From an uncultured Clostridia bacterium (GTDB taxonomy: Bacteria; Bacillota; Clostridia; Christensenellales; CAG-314): a stretch of 64,000 nt of DNA. The first letter of the stretch is position 1, and each line of letters begins with the position of its first letter. The DNA lies in the NCBI GenBank assembly GCA_947625115.1, contig CANQND010000001.1:5678-69677 (forward strand). The letters are read 5' to 3'. The position numbers and the translations under genes were made by a program. Below are positions 19,128-27,550 of the stretch, in pieces. Under the pieces are notes generated by a model. The model did no database searches, was not told the DNA's origin, and saw only the letters and a program-made list of their open reading frames with translations.

Positions 19128-19667
19128 TTATAATTTTTCGCCACACTCGGGGCAAAATTTGGTTCCGTTTGTAGGTGTTCCGCACTTTGGACAAACAGAA
19201 ACGACTTTCGCGCCACATTCGGGGCAGAGCTTTGCGCCGATAGTGAGCGGTGTGCCGCAACTGTGGCATTTTTGCGCTTGGGGAGTTGATGTTCCGCTTA
19301 CGGCCTCTTTCATTGTGCCGCCGACCATTCCCGCAACGGCTCCGCCAACACCAGCCATGGTACCGAGTCCTACGCCCATGTTGGTAAATTGTCCGACAGC
19401 CTCGTTTTCCGCAACTTTTTCGGCGACGTCAAAGCCGCGTTCTTGTTGATATGTGTATCCCTCCTGCGCTCGTTTTGTGGCCATTGCTTGCGATGCGATG
19501 ATCGTTTTTTGTGCGTCGGTTTGAGCGTAAATAATATCCGTTTGCTGGCGTAGTTTTGCCTCGGCAATATCTGCATATTGACGAAAGTGCAATTCTTTGA
19601 ACGTTTCGTACTGTGGGTCGCCGTCGGGCTTAGCTATGGCGGTAACAAAAAAGCGTTCAAGTGCCAC
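19128..19667 (-). CDS. C-terminal half of a COG4260/YdjI-like SPFH protein (Gly-rich linker plus two Zn-ribbons), separated from the N-terminal half by an in-frame TAA
   Basis: The C-terminus carries CHSCG..CPECG and CPKCG..CPECG. The ORF opens with GTG one codon after the upstream TAA, in the same frame, and has no well-spaced SD. Confidence 0.6.
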   Translation of the reverse strand: MALERFFVTAIAKPDGDPQYETFKELHFRQYADIAEAKLRQQTDIIYAQTDAQKTIIASQAMATKRAQEGYTYQQERGFDVAEKVAENEAVGQFTNMGVGLGTMAGVGGAVAGMVGGTMKEAVSGTSTPQAQKCHSCGTPLTIGAKLCPECGAKVVSVCPKCGTPTNGTKFCPECGEKL

Positions 19668-19670
19668 CCC

Positions 19671-20273
19671 TTATTCCGCGAAATCGCCCACAAGCAAATT
19701 CTTTATCTCGTCAGAAAACAAGGTGAGATTTTCGTCGATTTCGAAAATGTTTATCTTTTTTGCCTTTATGACTTGCGCCATATAGGTTTTGACCCCTGTC
19801 ATTAAAAACGCGCGGAAAAAACCGACGAGTTTTTGTTGATCGAGATAGCTTTCCGTTCCGACAAGTTTCAAGAGTAATTTACGAGAATCGTCCGCCCTCA
19901 AACTCATTTCTCCGTTGGCACCTATTGATATGGGAAACCCGTATGTCGGCTCCATATATTGCACCTTGGAATCGGTTCCCCATTTTATTGACATTTGTTC
20001 TGTTTTGTTTATAAAATATACTTCACAATGAAACGGGGTTTTGTCGTCGGTCGTTCGATTTAATGCTTTCCCTATGAGCGGAATGTTTTGTGTTTCGAGA
20101 GTGTATCGCCCCGCGCCGAACAGATCGAGTGCATGACCATTCATAAAAAATACGGCTTCTTGTGATTCGTGAACTATCAGTTGAGTGAGCGAGTTGAAAT
20201 CTTCGCAAGGATGTTTCCATATGAAAGTGGTGTTGTCGCCCTCATACTTGATTATGTCAGCAATTTTTGCCAT
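19671..20273 (-). CDS. N-terminal SPFH (stomatin/prohibitin-like, COG4260/YdjI-like) half, ends at an in-frame TAA
   Basis: IIKYEGDNTTFIWKHP...LIVHESQEAVFFMNG...FGAGRYTLETQNIP resembles Zn-ribbon-containing SPFH proteins. GGAGG precedes the ATG. Confidence 0.65.
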   Translation of the reverse strand: MAKIADIIKYEGDNTTFIWKHPCEDFNSLTQLIVHESQEAVFFMNGHALDLFGAGRYTLETQNIPLIGKALNRTTDDKTPFHCEVYFINKTEQMSIKWGTDSKVQYMEPTYGFPISIGANGEMSLRADDSRKLLLKLVGTESYLDQQKLVGFFRAFLMTGVKTYMAQVIKAKKINIFEIDENLTLFSDEIKNLLVGDFAE

Positions 20274-20411
20274 AGCATTTCCTCCATTTGTAGCTTAGAT
20301 TATTTTAACGAGAGAATATTTAGTAAGATATTTGACGCTGCTAAATAAGCAGTACAGCCGCAATTTATATCTCATTATTATTTTTTATGATAATTTGTCA
20401 AAACTTTTTAT

Positions 20412-20436
20412 TGTCTGTTGACGAGTGCAACAGACA
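20412..20436. promoter_or_regulatory. Perfect 9-bp inverted repeat (candidate operator) in the divergent intergenic region
   Basis: TGTCTGTTG-N7-CAACAGACA overlaps a TTGACG hexamer. It lies between the SPFH string and the XRE gene. Confidence 0.4.
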
Positions 20437-20519
20437 TCTCTCTACTTCGCGATAAAATCAGTTTATCACAAAATGCGATATACGTCAATATCTCAAATTG
20501 AGAAATTTATAATACTAAT

Positions 20520-20735
20520 ATGAAAATAAAATTGAGATTAAAAGAGTTGCGTAGCGAGTTGGGCAAAACGCAAGCAGAGATTTCCAAAATACTGAATGTC
20601 AAGCAAAACACCTATTCTCAATACGAAAATAACCAACGGCAAATACCGTTGGAATCTTTGGTGACATTGGCAGAATATTACGGCGTGTCGGTTGATTACA
20701 TCTTGGGGCTTACGGAAAACGATGTACTAAGTTGA
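20520..20735 (+). CDS. XRE/Cro-CI family helix-turn-helix regulator
   Basis: 71 aa with LGKTQAEISKILNVKQNTYSQYENNQRQIPLESLVTLAEYYGVSVDYILG, a canonical HTH_3 pattern. Confidence 0.85.
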   Translation: MKIKLRLKELRSELGKTQAEISKILNVKQNTYSQYENNQRQIPLESLVTLAEYYGVSVDYILGLTENDVLS

Positions 20736-21065
20736 ATTTGGATCAAGCATTTTTTATTAAAAAATGTTGTTAATTACGTTAAGTGTATTATTCGAATTGT
20801 AAAATATTTATATTTAAGCGAAACTATTCCGAGCATTCATCGCAGTACTTATATTGTAGGTACCAACCGAGCATTGCTTTGTCGGAATTGTTGACACAAA
20901 ACTGCTCATCTTCCCAATAAATCTGCTACGCAACGACTTGCCGGGTAACCCATTCGCGGAAACGCGGGATTTTTTGTTACCTTGCAGTTACAACGCCATT
21001 GCCACAATGCAATACCTTGTTGTAATAAAAAGATAAAGTGACGGCAAAATGCCGCCACATAAACC

Positions 21066-21110
21066 CATATAAAACAAATACCCAGCCAAACCCTTGCGGG
21101 TTCGACTGGG
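21066..21110 (-). terminator. Terminator of the tRNA operon
   Basis: On the minus strand, CCCAGTCGAACCC-GCAA-GGGTTTGGCTGGG is followed by TATTTGTTTTAT, immediately after tRNA-Val. Confidence 0.65.
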
Positions 21111-21117
21111 CACTGTA

Positions 21118-21193
21118 TGGTGGGGAGTACAGGGCTCGAACCTGTGACCCCCTGCTTGTAAGGCAGATGCTCTCCCAACTGAGCTAACTCCCC
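21118..21193 (-). tRNA. tRNA-Val (anticodon TAC), CCA encoded
   Basis: The reverse complement GGGGAGTTAGCTCAGTTGGGAGAGCATCTGCCTTACAAGCAGGGGGTCACAGGTTCGAGCCCTGTACTCCCCACCA folds as a cloverleaf with a 7-bp acceptor stem. Confidence 0.9.
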
Positions 21194-21195
21194 AT

Positions 21196-21271
21196 TGGTG
21201 ACTCCTACGAGAATCGAACTCGTGTTACCGCCGTGAAAGGGCGATGTCTTAGACCGCTTGACCAAGGAGCC
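21196..21271 (-). tRNA. tRNA-Glu (anticodon TTC), CCA encoded
   Basis: The reverse complement is GGCTCCTTGGTCAAGCGGTCTAAGACATCGCCCTTTCACGGCGGTAACACGAGTTCGATTCTCGTAGGAGTCACCA. Confidence 0.9.
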
Positions 21272-21278
21272 TTATAAG

Positions 21279-21355
21279 TGGTAGCGGCGGTCGGATTCGA
21301 ACCAACGACCTGCCGGGTATGAACCGGCCGCTATAACCATCTAAGCTACGCCGCC
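21279..21355 (-). tRNA. tRNA-Met (anticodon CAT, elongator-type; Ile2/lysidine type not excluded), CCA encoded
   Basis: The reverse complement is GGCGGCGTAGCTTAGATGGTTATAGCGGCCGGTTCATACCCGGCAGGTCGTTGGTTCGAATCCGACCGCCGCTACCA. It lacks the GGG/CCC anticodon stem of initiator tRNA. Confidence 0.85.
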
Positions 21356-21391
21356 ATACTGCTTTGTTACACTTTTTCCAAAAGCTAATTT

Positions 21392-21420
21392 ATTGTATCA
21401 AATTATGCCGATATTGTCAA
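21392..21420 (-). promoter_or_regulatory. Sigma-70-type promoter of the tRNA operon
   Basis: The minus strand reads TTGACA-17 nt-TACAAT, about 35 nt upstream of tRNA-Met. Confidence 0.7.
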
Positions 21421-21599
21421 CAAATTTTTCGCGGTTTTGCAAAAGAGAAGAAATTCTACGAAAATTTTGCTTTACCGCCCGTTTGTTTGAGTGAGCCGCT
21501 AACTGACGCGTTTTTCCGCGCGCGCCATCGAAGTTACGCAAAAACGCGCCCCGTTTTGCATTTTTGCCGCCGTTTGCCACTCGGACAGGGCGTAAAGCA

Positions 21600-21628
21600 T
21601 TGACAAAAACATATATTTACATTATTAT
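21600..21628 (+). promoter_or_regulatory. Candidate promoter of the ABC/giant-protein operon
   Basis: TTGACA-17 nt-TATTAT lies about 130 nt upstream of the ATG at 21760. Confidence 0.45.
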
Positions 21629-21759
21629 ATAGAAACCAAAGCGTGCGCATTTTTTGTCGAAAAACGCTATTCGATACGTTTTTTGCAGGACGCGCATTTA
21701 ATGTAAAACCTTGTTTCGGCGCATAATAAACGTAGCCGAAGCAATAAGAGAGAAAGTTT

Positions 21760-22596
21760 ATGCCTAAAAACAACCAACCGTCCCAAACGGACAACGCCCC
21801 CGAAATAACAGTTACGCAAACCGCCGCTCCCGTGGTGGAGATTGTCGGACTCTGCAAAAAGTACTCCAAAAAAGCCGACTATGCCGTTAAAGACATAGGG
21901 TTTTGTTGCTATGCGGGAGAAATAGTGGGGTTGCTCGGACACAACGGCGCGGGCAAATCCACCACGTTGAAATGTCTTGAAGGAATGTTGCCTTTTGACG
22001 ACGGCGTGATACGCATAAACGGTCACGACGTCAAAAAAGAAGCGGTTTTGGCAAAAGCCGATATGGGTTTTGTTACGGACAATCACGCCGTTTTCGTAAA
22101 AATGACGGGTACTGAGTACTTGTCCTTTATGTCCACGGTGTACAAAGTGCCGCGCGAGTTGCGCCGTCGGCGTTATCTCGAACTCGAAGAGGTTTTCCGA
22201 CTCGGCGACGCGGTAAACAACCTTATCGGGTCGTATTCGCACGGTATGAGGCAAAAAATCTGTATGATGGGTTCTCTTATGCACAGCCCCAAGTTGTGGA
22301 TATTGGACGAACCTCTGACGGGTTTGGATCCCCGCACGACCAAGGCGGTGCGAGAGTTTATGAAACAATATGCCGCGCAAGGCAATTGCATTATATTTAG
22401 TTCGCACGCGTTGGGCAGCGTGGCTCAAATTTGCGACAGAGTGGTGCTTATACGCCGCGGTCAGCAAATTGACGAACTCAATATCAAACAGATAATGGAG
22501 GATAACCCGAATTTCGATTTCGAGGCGTACTTCCTCGAAGGCGAAAGGCAAGCGGACGAAGACATTTCCAACGCGTCGGACGGCACAGACAGATGA
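21760..22596 (+). CDS. ABC transporter ATP-binding protein (ABC-2/exporter type)
   Basis: Walker A GHNGAGKST, signature YSHGMRQK, Walker B WILDEPLTGLD. Confidence 0.85.
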   Translation: MPKNNQPSQTDNAPEITVTQTAAPVVEIVGLCKKYSKKADYAVKDIGFCCYAGEIVGLLGHNGAGKSTTLKCLEGMLPFDDGVIRINGHDVKKEAVLAKADMGFVTDNHAVFVKMTGTEYLSFMSTVYKVPRELRRRRYLELEEVFRLGDAVNNLIGSYSHGMRQKICMMGSLMHSPKLWILDEPLTGLDPRTTKAVREFMKQYAAQGNCIIFSSHALGSVAQICDRVVLIRRGQQIDELNIKQIMEDNPNFDFEAYFLEGERQADEDISNASDGTDR

Positions 22597-24335
22597 AAAA
22601 GCTCAATTGGCAGCTTGTGGGCGCGCTTTTGAAAAAACAGCGAATAGAGGATTCCTACCCATACCGCCGCGGAAAATTCGACGCGACGGGTTTTGTGCTT
22701 AAAGTTTTACTTTTGGCGGCTATTTTGGCGGTATTTGCGGTGTTTTTCGGCAGATTTGTTACCATCTACACCAACGTAAAGGGCGTTTTCGGCGTTGAGG
22801 GTACGGAATCGCGCCCGAATTTGCACCCCGATTTGCGCACATACGAACTGCTTACCGCCGTGTACGGAATTGCCTTTTTGTTTATGACCGTAAGTGCGGT
22901 ATCTCAAATAAACCGTCGCATTTTCGATGAGGACGGCGCAAAACTGTACGCCGCAATGCCCATCGACGCGACCTCGCTCTACTTGGCGAAAGCCGTCGCG
23001 GTTTACCTCGGTCAGTTTGCCGTGGCAGTACTTGTCGTCTTTGCGATAAACGGCACCGTGGCTTTTGCCGTGTCGCAAAGCGTCGCGCTCGGTTGGCAGT
23101 ATTGGATATCAACCGTCGCCGCGTGTTTTGCGTTGCCGCTGTTGACAATGGCGGTGGGGTCGCTTGTCGCAATGCCGTACAGGTGGCTGAAACAGTTTTT
23201 GCAAAACAAATTTGTCCTCAACTTTGTGTTGGTAACCTTGCTCACGGGCGCGGCGTTCTGGCTGTACTCGTTGGTGTTGGACGCGGTAAAGCAAATGTTG
23301 CTCGGCGACGACCTGAAATACTTTTTCGACGAAGCCAAAATGACGGCAATAGTAAAGGCGACGAGCTGTTTTTATCCCATAAAGTGGGCGGTGGATTTGT
23401 TGCTTGTCAACATACGCCCGCAAAGCCTCGGCGTGGGGCATAGCGCGCTTGTGGCTTCGCTGGGTATCGTGGCGGTCGTTGCGGCGTGTACCGCGCTTTC
23501 GCTTGTTATGTTGCGCTTTATTTTGCAACGCTCTCTTCAAATGCGCAACGGCGAAACGAGCGCGCACAAAAGTTTGGGTGACGTCGCTTGCGGCAAAAGT
23601 GCCTTTTTTGCATTGGTAAAAAAGGATTTTCTGCTCATTTTCCGCACCCCGTCCTATATGTTTAGCTATTTGTCCGTGGCGGTAGTAATGCCGCTGATGG
23701 TGTATTTTTGTATGTCCGTGGGGTCGTCGCTTGTGTACAGCCTTGTGGAAAGGCACGCGGATTTGGAAATAGCGTTGTTTTTAACGTTGCTGTTCGGCGC
23801 GCTCACAAACGTGTTTTGCGCAACCAACGTCAGCCGCGACGGCGAGATGTTTTACGCGGTAAAGGCGTTTCCACTTTCCTACAAGTCCGTTTTCTTTGCA
23901 AAGATATTCCTTTGCTTGGCGATAACCGCCGTTTCGCAATTGGCAAACGCAATAGTGCTGTGCGCAACGGGATCGGTGGCTTGGTATTCGGCGATATTCC
24001 TGTTTGTCGTGGGAACGTTGTTCGGCTTTGTAAACATTTGCGTAGCCACGCGTTACGACTTTAACCACGCCCGTTTTTCCTCCGACGAGGACGGCGAAAT
24101 AAAAGAGTCGAGCGGCGTTACCTCCGCGATAATATTGTTGGGCTTGCTTTCGGCGTTTGTCGTGGGCGGCGTTGTGTTCGCGGTGAAAATACTTTCCGAC
24201 TTGCGCAACTTGCAACTCGGTTGGGTCACTTACGTTGCGTCGGGGGTTGTCGCCGCGGTGTGCGCCCTGCTTGCGTATTTTTACCTTACGAGCAAGCTGG
24301 ATAAAAAATATTACGAATTCGAGGGGGGAATGTGA
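22593..24335 (+). CDS. ABC-2-type integral membrane permease (580 aa, about 12 TM)
   Basis: The start overlaps the ATPase stop (ATGA). The ORF is highly hydrophobic throughout. Confidence 0.75.
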   Translation: MKKLNWQLVGALLKKQRIEDSYPYRRGKFDATGFVLKVLLLAAILAVFAVFFGRFVTIYTNVKGVFGVEGTESRPNLHPDLRTYELLTAVYGIAFLFMTVSAVSQINRRIFDEDGAKLYAAMPIDATSLYLAKAVAVYLGQFAVAVLVVFAINGTVAFAVSQSVALGWQYWISTVAACFALPLLTMAVGSLVAMPYRWLKQFLQNKFVLNFVLVTLLTGAAFWLYSLVLDAVKQMLLGDDLKYFFDEAKMTAIVKATSCFYPIKWAVDLLLVNIRPQSLGVGHSALVASLGIVAVVAACTALSLVMLRFILQRSLQMRNGETSAHKSLGDVACGKSAFFALVKKDFLLIFRTPSYMFSYLSVAVVMPLMVYFCMSVGSSLVYSLVERHADLEIALFLTLLFGALTNVFCATNVSRDGEMFYAVKAFPLSYKSVFFAKIFLCLAITAVSQLANAIVLCATGSVAWYSAIFLFVVGTLFGFVNICVATRYDFNHARFSSDEDGEIKESSGVTSAIILLGLLSAFVVGGVVFAVKILSDLRNLQLGWVTYVASGVVAAVCALLAYFYLTSKLDKKYYEFEGGM

Positions 24336-27300
24336 TGAGAAAAACGGTTATCGCACTAATGTTGGTGTTGCCGATGGTCTTTGTGTTGGTAATATTCTCC
24401 TCCGTCAATCTGGTCAGTATCAGCGTTCCCGTTTCCGTCAGTGGCATACGAATGCTTGCCGACGGCGACCGTTTAGGCGACGGCGAGGCTCTTTACGTGG
24501 ATATTGCCGACGGACAGACCCACAAGGTGACTGCCGAAGTGGAGCCTGCCAACGCTTCCGAAAAGGGCTACACTCTTTCCTGCGACAATCCCGAAGTGCT
24601 GGAAGTTTCCTCCGACGGCACGATAAAAGCCGTGGGCATAGGCAACGCGAACGTAACCGCCGTAAGCAAAGACAAGGGCTTTACGGACAGCATACCCGTC
24701 GTTGTCAGCTCGACAAAAGCGTACGATGTGCGTTTTACCCTGTACGACGGCGAGGGGCGGCAAGTGCCTCTTGCTTACAGCGAGAACTCTCAAACCTACT
24801 CTACGCCCGCGTCGCTCCGCTTGGAATCGGGCAAGTACAGCTACAAAGCGGAAATTGTCGGCGGCAGTTCCAAAGAATATTCTCTTTCTTCTTCCGACGG
24901 GGTAGCCGTTGTAAACAAAGGCGAAGAGAGCCTTTTGCTACCGTTTAGCGGCAACGTTCGCTTGGAGTTGAAAGTGGACGACGCGGTAGTGGACGGCATT
25001 ACCGAGCGCAGTCTTGTGCGCAAGATAAATTTGCGCGTTACAAAACAAAGTTCACTTAACGGCATTGTGGTAAACGGCGTTGCGGACGGCGCGACGGTGC
25101 TTCTTGCCAAGGGCGCGCAGAGTACGGTGGTGTACGCGGAGTGCGACGGTGAACCGACCTTGACGGGCGACGGGATAAAGGAAACTGTGTGTTTAACTTA
25201 CGGCGAAACGCGCGCTTCTTCGGTTCAACACCAACTGCTCGTTGTGTTGGAGGAGAATTTCGACGGCGAAAAAATATTTGCGCAACTGTCTGCAAACGGC
25301 AAAACGGTCCCCGTCACGTTGAGTTTTGCCGAGTTCGATTTCGATTTACGTTCCGTCGGAATGACGTACGCCGAGGACGTGTACAAATCGGTGGTGCTGT
25401 GCAACACTCCCACAAGTTTTTACGCGGTGTCGCCAATGGACGCGGCGGGCGTCACGTACAGGTGGAGCGTTAGCGAGGGTGTAAAAGTTTCTCCCGACGG
25501 CGACAGTTCTTGCACGTTGGTGGCGGAGGAAGAAAGAACTTTCGTTTTGACGGTTACCGCTCTTCGCGACGGCAACGAGCTGTGCAGCAAGCGTATAGAG
25601 GCGGAGTCAGTCGTCAAAGTGAACAGCGTGTTCATTTCCAACAACGTCAAGACGGATCTCGCCGAACGCTACACCGTGGGCGGCTTGAAATACGGTTCCG
25701 ACGGCATTGTGGATAACGACGGTTACGCCGTCAACATAAGAGTTACAAAACAGGGCGACGCCCGCCCCGCGGTAAACGATTTGAAAGACATAGTGTTCAC
25801 CTCTTCGCAACCGAGCGTGGCAACGGTAAAACAGCGTGACGGCACGGAATATCTTGTACCGCACGGCACGGGCGCGATAACGATAACGGCGCAATGGAAG
25901 TACAACGATCTTTTCGACAGCAACGCAACGGGATATATCAAGCTCAACGTCGTCAAAGACGCGGTAGAGGTGGATAACTACCCCGATTTGAAAGCCGCCT
26001 CGGAAGCGGGCGAAAAGATAGTGCTTACCGCCGACATTATGCTCGGAACGAACAGGGACGGTTCGGATATGTCGTTGAACGAGTGTCAGGCAATAGCGCA
26101 AATGCAGAAATACGAATCCACCTACAACAAAGAGTTCTATTCCGTTCACCCCGACTACCGCAATTTGAGTACCGAAGTAACGTATGCGATGGAGTTCAAA
26201 GCCGACGTGTACGGAAACGGTTTTGATTTGAACGCGGAAAACTTTACCAACGCCACCGACGCGTCGGGCAAACCGCAAATTTTCTGCGGTCCGTTGGTGT
26301 TTGTGGAGTACAAAGGCGTGGCAAGCGTTGCGGGGCAGGATAACTGCGCGTTCCTCGTCAGAACGGACGGCGTAACGCTGTACGGAGTCAATCTGTTGGG
26401 GTGTAGCGACGACTCGCTGTACGAGGAGCAGGGCGGCGTAGCCACCTACCAACTCAACAATCTCAACAAGTTGGGTACCACCTTGGAAATAAACGCCGAT
26501 TGCTCGATTATCAACTGTCGTATCCGCAACGGGCGCAATACGGTGCGCGTTTACGGCGGAAACAAAAACGGCGACAACTATTTTACCATTCTTAACGGCA
26601 AAGAAATTTCCGACGGCGACCGCATAGAAGTGGAGATAGTCGGTTGCGTTATTACGCAGGGAAGAGAATTTCTTGTAAAAGTCGGCGCGAACAAGGCGTT
26701 GAGGTCCTACTATCCCAACGGACAGGAACCCCAGCTGTTCGACCAAAACGGCGTTGCCTACGCGGAGCAAAAGAAAACCGTCAACGGCAAGACTTACGGC
26801 ACAAACGTGTACGACGTCGGCGACTCGGGCAAAGAGGGATTTTTCTACAAACACTACGTTATGACGGATCTCACCGTCCAAGACAGCGTTTTGGAAACAA
26901 GCGGCTTGTTCTGCATTGGCGTAGAGAGCAACTTTGCGGGAGCGTTGTTGTACGAGGGCGCAAAGGATATCACGGGTACGGAAGCGACTTACGCCAACGT
27001 AACTGCCAATTGGCGCAAATCGGGCGGCACTTCCTTTGCAAGCGTTTTGCGCTTGGCGGGGGACGTGCGCACCTACGATTGGAAAGACGCGGAGCGCAAT
27101 ATAGACAGCAGTACGCTTATCGAACCCGTGGGCGACGGCGTGTTGAGCGAAGTTATGAAGTTCAACGTGGCGGCTATGCTCAAAGAGGTGGACGGAAAAC
27201 CCGAGTACGCAAAGCTGTTGGACTTCTACAACGGCGCAAGCTACGTACACGGAGGCATTGCCTTTTACGGCGGCGGGCGCAACTATTCGCAAATAGATTT

Positions 27301-27547
27301 GTCCGCATTGAATGACTCGGTAAACAACTTCACTCATCTGTCCGTCAATATCGGACAATTTGCCGACAGCGGAAACGCCACGGTAAAACGTCAGGCGGAA
27401 TTGCTCCCGTTGGCGGCAGGTACGCACGATTTCAACTTTTGGCTGTACACGGCGGATTGCGCCAACAACTATTCGGCGCAACGAGAGGACACAGCCAACG
27501 GCACAAGATATTCGGGCTTGACAAAACCGCCGCTTTTCGGCGACTGA
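24335..27547 (+). CDS. Large membrane-anchored surface protein with Big_2-like Ig domains and a right-handed beta-helix-like region
   Basis: The ATG at 24335 (or GTG at 24332) overlaps the permease stop. There is an N-terminal TM anchor and a Big_2-like segment (VTAEVEPANASEKGYTLSCDNPEVLEVSSDGTIKAVGIGNANVTAV). Repetitive NxxGC/IxNCRI turns in the C-terminal half suggest a beta-helix. Confidence 0.7.
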   Translation: MRKTVIALMLVLPMVFVLVIFSSVNLVSISVPVSVSGIRMLADGDRLGDGEALYVDIADGQTHKVTAEVEPANASEKGYTLSCDNPEVLEVSSDGTIKAVGIGNANVTAVSKDKGFTDSIPVVVSSTKAYDVRFTLYDGEGRQVPLAYSENSQTYSTPASLRLESGKYSYKAEIVGGSSKEYSLSSSDGVAVVNKGEESLLLPFSGNVRLELKVDDAVVDGITERSLVRKINLRVTKQSSLNGIVVNGVADGATVLLAKGAQSTVVYAECDGEPTLTGDGIKETVCLTYGETRASSVQHQLLVVLEENFDGEKIFAQLSANGKTVPVTLSFAEFDFDLRSVGMTYAEDVYKSVVLCNTPTSFYAVSPMDAAGVTYRWSVSEGVKVSPDGDSSCTLVAEEERTFVLTVTALRDGNELCSKRIEAESVVKVNSVFISNNVKTDLAERYTVGGLKYGSDGIVDNDGYAVNIRVTKQGDARPAVNDLKDIVFTSSQPSVATVKQRDGTEYLVPHGTGAITITAQWKYNDLFDSNATGYIKLNVVKDAVEVDNYPDLKAASEAGEKIVLTADIMLGTNRDGSDMSLNECQAIAQMQKYESTYNKEFYSVHPDYRNLSTEVTYAMEFKADVYGNGFDLNAENFTNATDASGKPQIFCGPLVFVEYKGVASVAGQDNCAFLVRTDGVTLYGVNLLGCSDDSLYEEQGGVATYQLNNLNKLGTTLEINADCSIINCRIRNGRNTVRVYGGNKNGDNYFTILNGKEISDGDRIEVEIVGCVITQGREFLVKVGANKALRSYYPNGQEPQLFDQNGVAYAEQKKTVNGKTYGTNVYDVGDSGKEGFFYKHYVMTDLTVQDSVLETSGLFCIGVESNFAGALLYEGAKDITGTEATYANVTANWRKSGGTSFASVLRLAGDVRTYDWKDAERNIDSSTLIEPVGDGVLSEVMKFNVAAMLKEVDGKPEYAKLLDFYNGASYVHGGIAFYGGGRNYSQIDLSALNDSVNNFTHLSVNIGQFADSGNATVKRQAELLPLAAGTHDFNFWLYTADCANNYSAQREDTANGTRYSGLTKPPLFGD

Positions 27548-27550
27548 AAG

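Larger units (their letters stand above)
14700..20900. other. AT-rich, compositionally mosaic accessory segment next to a tRNA operon
   Basis: Hand counts of 60-nt lines give 23% GC at 15001-15060 and 16981-17040, against 45-57% in flanking genes. It contains hypothetical, HEPN-like, Zn-ribbon and XRE genes. No integrase is visible. Confidence 0.6.

Noticed and set aside
20906-21265. 119-aa ORF on the minus strand.
   Set aside because: It overlaps tRNA-Val and tRNA-Glu and their terminator, so it is a read-through artefact of the ORF caller.
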